DNA of 64,000 bases from a bacterium (GTDB taxonomy: Bacteria > Patescibacteriota > Minisyncoccia > Minisyncoccales > UBA10102), in NCBI GenBank assembly GCA_030647485.1, contig JAUSJT010000003.1, positions 9,092 to 73,091 of the forward strand. The letters run 5' to 3'. Positions 44,326 to 54,381 of this stretch are shown one piece after another (the first letter of the stretch is position 1; each line of letters starts with the position of its first letter). The position numbers were made by a program, and so were the translations under genes. Below the pieces are notes generated by a model. That model saw only the letters and a program-made list of their open reading frames with translations. It was not told the origin of the DNA and ran no database searches.

Positions 44326-44829
44326 TTAACTTCTAACTTTTATCTTTCGTAGTTTCTTGCGTTCTACCTTGGGAATCTTCAAGGTAAATATGCCATTTTT
44401 CATTGAGGCCTCTGCCCTGCCTCCGTCAACCTCCGAGGGGAGGACTATTTGCCGTGAAAAAGCTCCCCAATAGCACTCTTGGTAAAAGTAGTTCTTTCCT
44501 TCTTCCTCTTCGGTATTTTGTCGTTCCCCGGTAATAGTCACCACGTCATTCTCAATAGACACGTTAAGATCATCTGGGTTAACTCCTGCTATGGTTGCCT
44601 GTACGGTGATGTCGTCTCCTGTTTCATACACGTCTACCGCAAGCTCTCCTTCCGGCTCAAACCAATCATCTGGTTTCTCCTGCGTGACATGCGCTTCTTG
44701 TTTTGGGCTAGCCCCCTTCACAGGAATTTTGTTTACCTGTTTGCTTTCGGGATTCTTAGCGGAGGTTGGCTTCTCTTCCTTCATTTCAACGCCCATGCTG
44801 TTCTTTAACTTTTCGAAAAAGGATGCCAT
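44326..44829 (-). CDS. Hsp20/alpha-crystallin small heat-shock protein
   Basis: ACD motifs ...AVDVYETGD...GVNPDDLNVS...GIFTLKIPK. Confidence 0.85.
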   Translation of the reverse strand: MASFFEKLKNSMGVEMKEEKPTSAKNPESKQVNKIPVKGASPKQEAHVTQEKPDDWFEPEGELAVDVYETGDDITVQATIAGVNPDDLNVSIENDVVTITGERQNTEEEEGKNYFYQECYWGAFSRQIVLPSEVDGGRAEASMKNGIFTLKIPKVERKKLRKIKVRS

Positions 44830-45539
44830 CGTCTGTTAAATGTAAGTTTTTTTAATTTCTCAAAGAAGAAAGAAACAATTACTGCTAGACCCGCGAGCAA
44901 CGCAAGCGGGAAAAGAATTCTTGCCGTTCCTTCTAACTCCAGTATAGCGAAATTGAAAAGGGCGTGCAAGAGAGAAGAGGTAAGAAGGCCTATGGCAAAA
45001 TACTTGAATCTCTTTTGGGGTTCCAGGAGAGAGCGCGCAAGAAAGTATCCAAAGAGTCCAGAAGCTAACGCATGCAGGAGCGTTGCGCCCACAAGCCGCA
45101 CCGCGCTCAACGCTACAATGTTTGATACGGGCGAAAACGGGCCTAGGCCAGATAAGAGAAAGATGTTCTCCAGCGCGGCAAACCCCAGGCCGGAAACTAT
45201 CATATATATCATGACATCAACTGCTTCGTTGAGCTGGGGCTTGTAGAGAATAAAGGCCCGGACCACAATGTACTTTAACCATTCTTCCACAAGCGCAACT
45301 CCAAAGAAGAAGTAAAGGATAATTCTAAATTCGTCTTGGATGGGGATGTTGAGAATGAACGATTTTGCAGAGAGCTCAATGGCAATGGCAGGAATAGTGA
45401 TAAGCATGCCCCACAGAAATATCTTTCCTAAGATCCGTTTTGGTTCAGGGTGGCTGTCTTTGTGCAGGTAAAATAAAAGCCACAGGATGCTGGGCGCCAA
45501 GCCAAAGAAAAGAAACAAAGGATAGTTCATACTGGCCAT
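44805..45539 (-). CDS. PrsW-family intramembrane metalloprotease
   Basis: EEWLKY, FAALEN and HALFN motifs across several TM segments. Confidence 0.75.
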   Translation of the reverse strand: MASMNYPLFLFFGLAPSILWLLFYLHKDSHPEPKRILGKIFLWGMLITIPAIAIELSAKSFILNIPIQDEFRIILYFFFGVALVEEWLKYIVVRAFILYKPQLNEAVDVMIYMIVSGLGFAALENIFLLSGLGPFSPVSNIVALSAVRLVGATLLHALASGLFGYFLARSLLEPQKRFKYFAIGLLTSSLLHALFNFAILELEGTARILFPLALLAGLAVIVSFFFEKLKKLTFNRRWHPFSKS

Positions 45540-48046
45540 TGTTCAATCATTAACGATTCCTTTCTATTTTTTACGGGAAGCTGTTGGTAAAGTTCTTCTG
45601 TGACAAATGGGACAAAAGGATGGAGAAGCTTGAGGAGGTCGGCAAAGATTGTAAGTAAGACATACTGCCTTGAAGCTCTTGTTTTTTGGTTTTCAAGAAG
45701 TTTCTTGGATTCCTCTATAATCTTATCTGCAAAGGTATGCCAGGTGTAGTGGTAGAGCGTTTCTGCAGCTTGCGAGAGGCGAAAGAACCCTATGTTTTTG
45801 GTGACTTCTTTTGTGAGCTTTGAGAAGTCGTTGAGGAGTTTTTTGTCGCTGGCGCTCAATACTGGTTTTCTCTTTGAGGTAAAGTCCTGCGTATTCATTG
45901 CAAGGAACCTGGAGATATTCCATACTTTGTTCACAAAGTTTCGGTATCCCCGCACTTTGTCTTCTGAAATTTTAATGTCGTTTCCAGGAGCAGCCCCAAT
46001 AATTAAGGAAAGGCGGGTTGCGTCAGCCCCGTATTTTGTGATCATATCCAAGGGGTCAATGATATTGCCCAGGGATTTTGACATCTTTCTTCCTTTGTCA
46101 TCTCGCACAAGCCCGTGGAGGTATACCGTCTTGAAAGGTACTTGCCCTACAAGATACGTGGTCATTAAAATCATACGGGCAATCCAGAAGAACAGGATGT
46201 CATACCCTGTTTCAAGAACAGAGGTGGGATGAAAGGTTTTAAGGTCTTTGGTTTTCTCTGGCCATCCCAACGTGGAGAATGTCCAGAGCCCGGAAGAGAA
46301 CCAGGTATCCAAAGTGTCAGTATCTTGCGTCCATCTCTCCCCCTTAGGAGTCTCTGTCCCTACAAAGAGTTCTTGTCCATCTTTACCTGCAATCAAGCGA
46401 TAGGTGTAAACAAAAACCTCGGTTTTTGAGGTAACCTTTCTTTCCGGATAATGCCGTTTGAATGCAGCGATTAGCTCATCCTGTCGTTTATAGGTAGTAC
46501 CATGTAAGGGGTCTTTGAGATCGATTTTCTCAACCGTAGTAATCTGGATGTTTGTAATTTCTCCTCCGCCAAAGATTTCCCGTTGCTGGCTATTCTCAAA
46601 AAGGACTTTGTCGCCTATCTCGAATTCGTGGTCTCGGAGACGATAGGTTTTTGTCTTACCAGCAAAAACCTGGGGTACAACGTTTTCATGAAACCCAATC
46701 TTTTTTTCTGTTTTGAGTTCTCGATACCATACAGGGATTTGATGGCCAAACCAGATTTGGCGCGAAATACACCAATCCCGCAGGTTGTCTATCCAGTGGA
46801 AATAGGTTTTCTCAAAGCGTTTGGGGAGAATTTCTATCTCTTTCTTTTTTACGACCCTGGCCATAAGGTCTTTCAAAGAGATGAGTTCTCCTTTTTTAAC
46901 GGACTTGAATCCCGCATGAGGAAAAGTGAAAGGCTTGTTGACGTCAACAAACCATTGGCGCATTATTTGGGGCTCTATAATTCCCCCTCCTCTGGAGTTG
47001 GTGGCAATGCGATGGACATAGTTCTCGTCTATTTTTTTCACCAGTCCTTTCTCTTGGAGCTTTTGGATGATGAGGGGGCGGGCTTTGGTAATATGCATGC
47101 CCGCAAATTCTTTGGCAATAGGGAGGAGTTTTCCTTTCAGATCTATAATCTGCTCTTTGTCTAGATTGTGGCGCTCTGCAATCTCAAAGTCTGTGGTGTC
47201 GTGCCATGGCGTGATGGTCATGACTCCTGTTCCAAACTCCATATCTATTGCCTCGTCTTTAATGACGGTGGCTGTTACAGGACCGGTTATCCACTCTAGC
47301 TCTATCTTTTGTCCGTGGGTGTATTGTTTGTATCGTTTGTCTTTAGGATGCATGACCACGTATTTATCCCCAAACTTTGTTTCAGGCCGCGCAGTGCTTA
47401 TAACAAACGGCCCGTACTGGAGATAATAGAAAGATGCTTTTTCCTCTTTCCACTCTATTTCGTCGTCAGATACCGTGGTCTGCATTTTGGGGTCCCAGTT
47501 CACAATGCGGTTTCCTCGGTAAATGAGTCCCCCTTCGTGCATTCTTTTAAATGCCGTGCGTACGCTAAGGTTCCTTTCTTCGTCTAGGGTGTACGCTTCG
47601 CGACTCCAATCTAAAGAAGCCCCCATCTTTTTTATCTGGTGCAGGATGGCGTCATGAGATTCTTTGGCAAATTGCTCCACGCGCTCCAAGAACTCGGGGC
47701 GCCCAAGGTCATGCCGCGTTTTCCCTTCTGTTTTGTAGAGCGTTTGCTCTACCTTGGATTCCGTGGCAATGGCAGCGTGATCGGTGCCAGGGAGCCACAG
47801 AGTTTTGTAGCCCTGCATGCGATGGAAGCGAATAAGAATGTCTTCAATGGCGAGCATGGCAGCGTGCCCCATGTGCAGAGTTCCCGTTACGTTGGGCGGA
47901 GGAAGAACAATGGAAAAGGGCTTTGCGTCTTCCTTTGTGACTCCTTTTTTAACGCAGGTATCAGGATTAGCAAAATCACTCTTTCTCCATAAGGCCAAAA
48001 TCTTGTCTTCTGCCTCTTTAGGGCTATACGCTTTCGGGATTTCCAT
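45527..48046 (-). CDS. valS: Valyl-tRNA synthetase
   Basis: HMGHA and KMSKSLGN class I motifs; editing domain. Confidence 0.9.
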   Translation of the reverse strand: MEIPKAYSPKEAEDKILALWRKSDFANPDTCVKKGVTKEDAKPFSIVLPPPNVTGTLHMGHAAMLAIEDILIRFHRMQGYKTLWLPGTDHAAIATESKVEQTLYKTEGKTRHDLGRPEFLERVEQFAKESHDAILHQIKKMGASLDWSREAYTLDEERNLSVRTAFKRMHEGGLIYRGNRIVNWDPKMQTTVSDDEIEWKEEKASFYYLQYGPFVISTARPETKFGDKYVVMHPKDKRYKQYTHGQKIELEWITGPVTATVIKDEAIDMEFGTGVMTITPWHDTTDFEIAERHNLDKEQIIDLKGKLLPIAKEFAGMHITKARPLIIQKLQEKGLVKKIDENYVHRIATNSRGGGIIEPQIMRQWFVDVNKPFTFPHAGFKSVKKGELISLKDLMARVVKKKEIEILPKRFEKTYFHWIDNLRDWCISRQIWFGHQIPVWYRELKTEKKIGFHENVVPQVFAGKTKTYRLRDHEFEIGDKVLFENSQQREIFGGGEITNIQITTVEKIDLKDPLHGTTYKRQDELIAAFKRHYPERKVTSKTEVFVYTYRLIAGKDGQELFVGTETPKGERWTQDTDTLDTWFSSGLWTFSTLGWPEKTKDLKTFHPTSVLETGYDILFFWIARMILMTTYLVGQVPFKTVYLHGLVRDDKGRKMSKSLGNIIDPLDMITKYGADATRLSLIIGAAPGNDIKISEDKVRGYRNFVNKVWNISRFLAMNTQDFTSKRKPVLSASDKKLLNDFSKLTKEVTKNIGFFRLSQAAETLYHYTWHTFADKIIEESKKLLENQKTRASRQYVLLTIFADLLKLLHPFVPFVTEELYQQLPVKNRKESLMIEQWPV

Positions 48047-48053
48047 ATATGTA

Positions 48054-49130
48054 TTATAAGCTCAAATTGGGTTGAGCTTCAATGTGCTTGTGTTTTTTGA
48101 ACCCAGAACGCAGCCATGTTGCATATCCCGCAACCGCGATCATTGCCCCGTTGTCTGTGCAGAACTCCGGTGGCGCTACAAGAAAACGCATCCCAAACTT
48201 CTTTGTTTCCTTCAGGAGCGTGTTCCGCAACAGCTTATTTGCTCCCACACCTCCCCCAAGAATAATTGCTTTTGCAGAATATCTGTGCGCCGCTTTCAGT
48301 GTTTTTTGAACAAGCACTTCAATAATTGCTTTCTGGATTTCTTTTGCCATTTCTTGTGTATACACTGTCGATTCTCGTACTTTTTTTGATCTGGACTTCC
48401 AGTCATAGAGCACCGCCGTCTTTAATCCAGAAAAGCTAAAGTCATAATCTTTCGTGGAGATCATTGGCCGGGGAAGCCGGAGTTTATATATGTTTGTTTC
48501 GCATAATTGTGCTTGCTGGGATATGGCAGGACCGCCAGGATATGGAAGACCCAAAACCCTCGCTGTCTTGTCAAAGCATTCTCCTGCCGCGTCGTCTCGT
48601 GTTTCTCCCAAGAGTTTGTATTTTCCGAGCGCGGATACAAAAATAAGCTGAGTATGTCCTCCTGATACCAAAAGCGCTAAGGCAGGCAAGATGTTTCCTA
48701 AGCGAGGCTTAGGAATTCCTAAGCCTCGCTTAGGCGAACCCAAGAACAGGCTGATGAGGAGGTGCCCTTCCATGTGGTTTGTGGGAATAAGGGGAACGTT
48801 CCATTGTTTTGTAAGTTCTTGAGCTTTATTGAGACCTGCCCATAAGCACGGGGAAAGTCCAGGACCGTAGGTTATGGCAAGAGCATCTAGTGCAGGATGC
48901 AAAGGGTCTAGCTTTGCTTTTTTTAGTGCCTTGGAGACAACAATGGGCAGGTTAGTTTCGTGCTCTCTTTTTGCCATATTCGGGTACACTCCCCCATACT
49001 TTTGATGAATTTCAATTTGGGAAGCTATGTTGTTGGCGAGAATACGAAAAGAAGGGCTTTTTCTTCCCTTGGCTTCTATAATGCTTATCCCTGTGTCATC
49101 GCAGGATGTTTCAATGCCCATAATGATCAT
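48054..49130 (-). CDS. tsaD: tRNA N6-adenosine threonylcarbamoyltransferase TsaD (ORF extends to 49181)
   Basis: MIIMGIETSCDDTGISI N-terminus and the HxxxH/GGVxxN Kae1/TsaD family motifs. Confidence 0.85.
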   Translation of the reverse strand: MIIMGIETSCDDTGISIIEAKGRKSPSFRILANNIASQIEIHQKYGGVYPNMAKREHETNLPIVVSKALKKAKLDPLHPALDALAITYGPGLSPCLWAGLNKAQELTKQWNVPLIPTNHMEGHLLISLFLGSPKRGLGIPKPRLGNILPALALLVSGGHTQLIFVSALGKYKLLGETRDDAAGECFDKTARVLGLPYPGGPAISQQAQLCETNIYKLRLPRPMISTKDYDFSFSGLKTAVLYDWKSRSKKVRESTVYTQEMAKEIQKAIIEVLVQKTLKAAHRYSAKAIILGGGVGANKLLRNTLLKETKKFGMRFLVAPPEFCTDNGAMIAVAGYATWLRSGFKKHKHIEAQPNLSL

Positions 49131-49190
49131 GTGATTACTGTAGTCGAAGCATTGATTTTTTGCAATTTGTGGGGTATACAAAGGAGAGTT

Positions 49191-49266
49191 GGCCCTATCG
49201 TCTAGTTTGGTCTAGGACGTCGGGTTTTCATCCCGAAAATCAGGGGTTCAAATCCCCTTGGGGCCG
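49191..49266 (+). tRNA. tRNA-Glu(TTC)
   Basis: Anticodon loop TTTTCAT. Confidence 0.85.
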
Positions 49267-49270
49267 CCTC

Positions 49271-50818
49271 ATGTCTCAAGCATATTACGTGAATGTTTCT
49301 CGAGCTTCAGATCTTCAAGATCCGAAAGAGCGTTTCCTCTATCGGTTTTTTGAAATGCTTCCAGGATTGCTGTCTTTCGGCAGTCTGGGGATTATAGTAT
49401 TGTTCTCATGGCTTTTTCCCATGCTGGTTGCCTTTTTTGTCTTTGGATTCATCATGTACTGGTTGCTTCGCACCGTTTATTTCTCGTTCCATCTGCGTTC
49501 AGGGTACAAGAAGATGAGGGAGCATGAAAAGACAGATTGGATGAAAAAGCTCCTAGACATTCCAAACTGGCAGGATATTTGGCATCTTGTTGTGGTTGTT
49601 GCGTATAAGGAACCTTTCGAAATGGTGCAAGAGTCTCTCCGTGCGGTAGCGAGTTCAGAATATCCTGCAGACAAGCTTTTAGTGGTGCTTGCCCTAGAAG
49701 AGCGCGCAGGAGTTTTAGCAAGAGAAATGGGGGTCGCTCTTGAAAAAGAATTCAAGGATTCTTTCTTTAGATTTTTAGTGACCTCGCATCCTGCCAACCT
49801 TTCAGGAGAAATCGCGGGGAAAGGGTCAAACGAGGCATGGGCAACAAAGGAGGCAAAAGAAAAGATTATTGACCCTTTGAGAATTCCATATGCCCGCATT
49901 ATTGAAACCTCTTTGGACGCAGACACTATAATCTCTCCAGGATATTTGAGCTGTCTTGCGTATCACTATGGTACCGTGCCCAATGCTTCAAAAGCCTCAT
50001 TCCAACCAATCCCATTATTCATCAACAATGCATGGCAGGCAGGAGCCCTGTCTCGCATCTTTTCTTTTTCTGCAACCTTTTGGCAGACCATGAACCAAGA
50101 GCGTCCAGAAAAGCTTATTACTTTTTCCTCGCACTCTATGAGTTTTCAGGCATTGGTTGACGTAGGATTCAAACAGCGGAACGTGGTTGCCGACGATTCC
50201 CACATTTTCTGGCAGTGTTTTCTGCACTATAACGGAGATTACCGAGTGTACCCTCTGTATTACTCAATTCGCATGGATGCAAACGTGGGCAAGAATTTCT
50301 TGGAAACCATGAAAAATATGTACAAACAGCAGCGGAGATGGGCATACGGAGTGAGCGAGATACCCTATTTTTTATTTGGGTTTTTGAAAAACAAGAATAT
50401 ACCTCTTTCACGGAAGATGTCTCTGGCTTTTGAGTTTATTGAAGGGCACTGGTCGTGGGCAACAGCGCCCATTCTTATATTCTTGTCAGGATGGCTTCCC
50501 TTGCTGTTGGGCGGTCAGGCATTCTCTGCAACCCTGGTTTCGTACAACCTTCCCATTTTTACATCCCGTTTGTTAACCCTTGCCATGCTTGGGCTGGTGC
50601 TGTCCGCGTTCATTAGTATTCAGATACTCTCCCCCACAAGGCCGGAGTATAGGAAGTGGCGCTTCGCGGCCACCGCATTCCAATGGGCGCTGTTTCCATT
50701 TACCATGGTTTTCTTTACCGCATTTCCCGCGTTAGACGCCCAAATGCGTTTGCTCTTGGGCAAATACATGGGTTTTTGGACAACCCCAAAGTTCCGGCGT
50801 CCAATCGATTCTGCTTAA
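49271..50818 (+). CDS. Membrane GT2 family processive glycosyltransferase (cellulose/PNAG-synthase-like); ORF extends to 49160 over the tRNA
   Basis: D,D,D and QQRRW motifs; several TM segments. Confidence 0.75.
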   Translation: MSQAYYVNVSRASDLQDPKERFLYRFFEMLPGLLSFGSLGIIVLFSWLFPMLVAFFVFGFIMYWLLRTVYFSFHLRSGYKKMREHEKTDWMKKLLDIPNWQDIWHLVVVVAYKEPFEMVQESLRAVASSEYPADKLLVVLALEERAGVLAREMGVALEKEFKDSFFRFLVTSHPANLSGEIAGKGSNEAWATKEAKEKIIDPLRIPYARIIETSLDADTIISPGYLSCLAYHYGTVPNASKASFQPIPLFINNAWQAGALSRIFSFSATFWQTMNQERPEKLITFSSHSMSFQALVDVGFKQRNVVADDSHIFWQCFLHYNGDYRVYPLYYSIRMDANVGKNFLETMKNMYKQQRRWAYGVSEIPYFLFGFLKNKNIPLSRKMSLAFEFIEGHWSWATAPILIFLSGWLPLLLGGQAFSATLVSYNLPIFTSRLLTLAMLGLVLSAFISIQILSPTRPEYRKWRFAATAFQWALFPFTMVFFTAFPALDAQMRLLLGKYMGFWTTPKFRRPIDSA

Positions 50819-50858
50819 ACTCGGTTTAGGAGTGAAAACTAAACCGAGTTTAAGCAGA

Positions 50859-52976
50859 CTACTCGAGGTGGAGCTTTTCTCTTAGTTCTTGAACCCGTGC
50901 CCTTAATAGCGGGTATTGTTTTAATGCAATATCTTTTTCTAGGATTTCCTGCGCAGTGTTTCTTGCTTCTTGGACTAAGGCAAGGTTGGTGAGCTGCTCC
51001 ATGGCAAAGTCTGGAATGCCCCATTGCTTGGTGCCTGCAAAGTCCCCGGGACCGCGGAGTTTCAGATCTCGCTCTGCCAACAAAAATCCGCTGTCCAATT
51101 CCAATAAGGCGCGAAGGCGCTGGTTTGTCCCATGGGAATTTGATTCGGAAAAAAGAAAGCAGTACGACTGCACATCCGATCTCCCAACCCTTCCTCTGAA
51201 TTGATGGAGCTGGGCTAATCCAAAACGGTCTGCTCCCTCAATCATCATGACTGTTGCGTTAGGAATATCTACTCCAACTTCCACAACAGAAGTGGACACT
51301 AGGACATCTATTTTCTTGAACTTAAACTTTCTCATAACCTCTTCTTTTTCCTTCTGCGCCATTTTCCCGTGAAGCATGCCCACCTTGAGTTTTGGAAATA
51401 TTTCTTTTGAGAGCTTCTCATACTCTTCTTTTACCGCTTTTACTTCCGTTCCTTCGGGAGAATTCTCTGTTTTTTCAATCCTGGGGCAGATGACAAATAC
51501 CTGTTTGCCTTTTTCTACTTCCTTTTTTATAACGCCATAGGTTTGCGCTCGTTCTTGGGGCGCGACTATTTTGGTGATTATCTTTTTGCGCCCCTTGGGG
51601 AGTTCGTCAATGAGAGAGAGGTCAAGGTCTCCATATATAGTCATGGCTAATGTTCGAGGGATAGGGGTTGCAGACATAGATAAGAGATGCGGAATTAGCG
51701 CAGTGCGGTGCAGAAGTTTTGCGCGCTGTTTTACGCCAAAGCGGTGCTGTTCGTCTAATATAACAAGGGCGAGATTCCCGAATTTCACCTTGTCTTGTAT
51801 GAGTGCATGAGTACCAATAAGAATGTCTATGTGTCCTTCCCTTGTTTTCTCTAAAAGCTTTGCCCTTGAGATTTCAATAAAGTCATTGGGAAGTTTGGGG
51901 GAAGAAAAACGGTCTGTCTTTCCCGTCAGCAGCCCAATGGTAACCTTGAATGGAGCTAGCAAGGGCCCCATGGTTTTAAAGTGCTGTTGGACAAGGATTT
52001 CCGTGGGAGCCATACACGCTACCTGATACCCTGCTTTTACCACGGACAAGGCTGCCATTGTTGCCACCACTGTTTTTCCAGAACCTACGTCCCCTTGCAG
52101 CATCCTATTCATGGGACGGGGATTTTCCAGGTCTTTGAGAATATTCCACGCAGACTTCTTCTGGGCAGGCGTCAAAGTAAAAGGAAGCTTGTCAGTGAAT
52201 CTCTTCATAAGTTCTGTGCTTAAGGGAATAGGCGGAGCCTTCACTGACGCTATTTTTCTTCTTTCAGACAGGACAAAAAGCGAGATGAAGAGAAGCTCTT
52301 CAAATGCAAAGCGCTTTTGGGCAAGTTTTGCTGCATTCATGGAATCTGGAAAGTGGACTTGCCACAATGCCTGGGAAAGCGCGGGAAGCTTCTTTGCCTT
52401 TACAAGATCTTCTGGCAAGGAGTCTTTGATATCTTTTAAGCTTGCCAGTACCATTTTAATAATAGACCGCAGCCACCTAGAAGAAACTCCTGCGGTTTCA
52501 GCATATGTGGGAATGATTCTCCCTACGTGAGTGAACTGCCATGACGAAGAATTCGCGTCCTGCACCTTTTCATGCACAGGGCTTGCAAAATATATGCCGT
52601 CTTTGTCTCGGAGAACCTTGCCTGCAACGCATATGTGGTCTCCGGCTTTGAGCGAATCTGCAAGATAGGGTTGCTGGAACCACACGACTTTTATAGCTCC
52701 CGTGCTGTCTTGCAAAAGGGCTTCTGTTACTGAAAACCGTTTCTTAAAGGTTGTTTTTTGCTTTAAGTCTAAGAGCTTGCCTGAAGCGCAGTACGTATTC
52801 CCCTCCTGTATGGTTTTAATAGGGGTGATAACGGAAAGATCCTCGTAAGAACGGGGGAAATGGAAAAGGAGGTCACGTACTGTTGTGATCCCGAGGATTT
52901 GCAATCGTTTCTGATACACTGGTCCTACCCGGGGAACTTCGGAGAGAGGAGTCGTGAAATTCATCTTGGTTTGCAC
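50859..52976 (-). CDS. recG: ATP-dependent DNA helicase RecG
   Basis: Wedge domain plus DEQH helicase motifs. Confidence 0.9.
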   Translation of the reverse strand: MQTKMNFTTPLSEVPRVGPVYQKRLQILGITTVRDLLFHFPRSYEDLSVITPIKTIQEGNTYCASGKLLDLKQKTTFKKRFSVTEALLQDSTGAIKVVWFQQPYLADSLKAGDHICVAGKVLRDKDGIYFASPVHEKVQDANSSSWQFTHVGRIIPTYAETAGVSSRWLRSIIKMVLASLKDIKDSLPEDLVKAKKLPALSQALWQVHFPDSMNAAKLAQKRFAFEELLFISLFVLSERRKIASVKAPPIPLSTELMKRFTDKLPFTLTPAQKKSAWNILKDLENPRPMNRMLQGDVGSGKTVVATMAALSVVKAGYQVACMAPTEILVQQHFKTMGPLLAPFKVTIGLLTGKTDRFSSPKLPNDFIEISRAKLLEKTREGHIDILIGTHALIQDKVKFGNLALVILDEQHRFGVKQRAKLLHRTALIPHLLSMSATPIPRTLAMTIYGDLDLSLIDELPKGRKKIITKIVAPQERAQTYGVIKKEVEKGKQVFVICPRIEKTENSPEGTEVKAVKEEYEKLSKEIFPKLKVGMLHGKMAQKEKEEVMRKFKFKKIDVLVSTSVVEVGVDIPNATVMMIEGADRFGLAQLHQFRGRVGRSDVQSYCFLFSESNSHGTNQRLRALLELDSGFLLAERDLKLRGPGDFAGTKQWGIPDFAMEQLTNLALVQEARNTAQEILEKDIALKQYPLLRARVQELREKLHLE

Positions 52977-52992
52977 TGAGTTTATTGAAGTG

Positions 52993-53064
52993 TGTCCCCA
53001 TCCAGATTCGAACTGGAATTTCAGCCTTCGCAGGGCTGCGCTCTATCCATTGAGCTATGGAGAC
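52993..53064 (-). tRNA. tRNA-Arg(GCG), an unusual anticodon (ACG expected)
   Basis: Anticodon stem CAGCC/GGCTG, loop CTGCGAA. Confidence 0.75.
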
Positions 53065-53114
53065 GAGTAACCTACCTTGTATTTTACTCAAAACGAGATA
53101 TAATTCAAGTCATT

Positions 53115-53203
53115 GGAGAGGTGGCTGAGTGGTTGAAAGCGATACACCGCTAACGTATTAGGGGCTTTAAAACCCCTCGAGGGTTCGAATCCCTCCCTCT
53201 CCG
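53115..53203 (+). tRNA. tRNA-Ser(GCT)
   Basis: Class II tRNA; anticodon loop CCGCTAA (C33 is unusual). Confidence 0.7.
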
Positions 53204-53290
53204 CAACGTAATAAATTTGCTTTGCAAATTTAAACGTTGCTGGGACGTTTAATCTCTGAAAGAAATTATTACGTCCCGCCAATTAGGAAA
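53204..53290 (+). repeat. Family B tRNA-associated repeat, copy 2
   Basis: acgtaataaatttgctttgcaaatttaaacgttgctgggacgtt...ttacgtcccgcc. Confidence 0.55.
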
Positions 53291-53310
53291 AGATACTCTG
53301 CATAACGTAT

Positions 53311-53745
53311 ATGCCAGAAGAACAAGTCAATATTTTCAAGAGAGTCGCAGGGCCTATCATTCATAGATTTCAGATTAAGGATATGCTCCAAGTTATCATT
53401 GGAGCCACAATCCTTTCTATTCCGGTTGCATATACCGGAGAGGTTTGGCAACTGGCAGAGACACTGCCCATGCGCAATATTCTTGGTTTTCTTGGACTTT
53501 CGCTTGTATTCATTTCTCTCTTTGTATATCATCACTATCACCGCGAAGAAACGGAGATGAGGTGGGGAGAGTTTGCAAAGCGAGTACTCTCAACCTATAT
53601 CCTCTCTTTTTTGGTTGTAGCACTCATCTTAACTATGATTGAGCGAGCTCCCTGGGGCGCAGATTGGCTGCTTGCGGTAAAAAGAACAATTCTCGTAGCC
53701 TTTCCCGCTTCAATGAGCGCCGTGGTTGCAGACGTGTTGAAATAA
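53311..53745 (+). CDS. Small polytopic membrane protein, hypothetical
   Basis: 144 aa, three or four TM segments. Confidence 0.5.
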   Translation: MPEEQVNIFKRVAGPIIHRFQIKDMLQVIIGATILSIPVAYTGEVWQLAETLPMRNILGFLGLSLVFISLFVYHHYHREETEMRWGEFAKRVLSTYILSFLVVALILTMIERAPWGADWLLAVKRTILVAFPASMSAVVADVLK

Positions 53746-53748
53746 CGA

Positions 53749-53832
53749 GGAGGGGTCGGATAGTGGTTTATTCCACCAGTTTTGAAAACTGGCGTCCGCA
53801 AGGACTCGTGAGTTCGAATCTCACCCCCTCCG
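53749..53832 (+). tRNA. tRNA-Ser(TGA)
   Basis: Anticodon loop TTTGAAA, long variable arm. Acceptor and T arms identical to tRNA-Ser(CGA). Confidence 0.8.
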
Positions 53833-53990
53833 CAGCGTAATAAATTTTGCTTTAGCAAAATTTAAACGCTGTTGGAACGTTGAAATTTCAAGAGGAAATT
53901 TCTTACGTTCCGCCTTCAGATGATACGTTCAACGCTACTGAGACGTTTAAATTTTCACAGAAAATTTATTACGTCTCGCCTTCTTATGTT
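53833..53990 (+). repeat. Family B repeat, copy 3, with the second hairpin unit duplicated
   Basis: gcgtaataaattttgctttagcaaaatttaaacgctgttggaacgtt...ttacgttccgcc, then a second gagacgtt...ttacgtctcgcc unit. Confidence 0.55.
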
Positions 53991-54246
53991 TTATTACGTT
54001 TATATCATTGAAAGTTTGAAAAATAAATCATTGTATATCGGATATACTGTTGACTTGAAGAAAAGATTCAAAGAACATAACGATGGCAAAAGCTTGGCAA
54101 CAAAACCATTCAGACCATATAAACTTATCTTCTATGAAGCGTTTATTGATAGAAAAGATGCCAAGGCGCGGGAAGTATATTTAAAAAGCGGCTGGGGATT
54201 TAGGAGCATTAAGAAAATGATGGAAAATTATTTCAACGTAAGATAA
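53986..54246 (+). CDS. Small stand-alone GIY-YIG nuclease-domain protein (ORF extends to 53920)
   Basis: YVYIIES...LYIGYT...R..EHN GIY-YIG motif. Confidence 0.6.
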   Translation: MFYYVYIIESLKNKSLYIGYTVDLKKRFKEHNDGKSLATKPFRPYKLIFYEAFIDRKDAKAREVYLKSGWGFRSIKKMMENYFNVR

Positions 54247-54381
54247 GGGCAAAAGAAATTTTTTCATTCTGATTTTTTGACAATAGAAACTCGAAAGGAT
54301 TTCTGTTCCGCTTCAAGTTGACCACGCTTGATTTTCATGGTAGTTTTCCCTTAGCACTACTCAAAAGATGGAGGATTCGCT

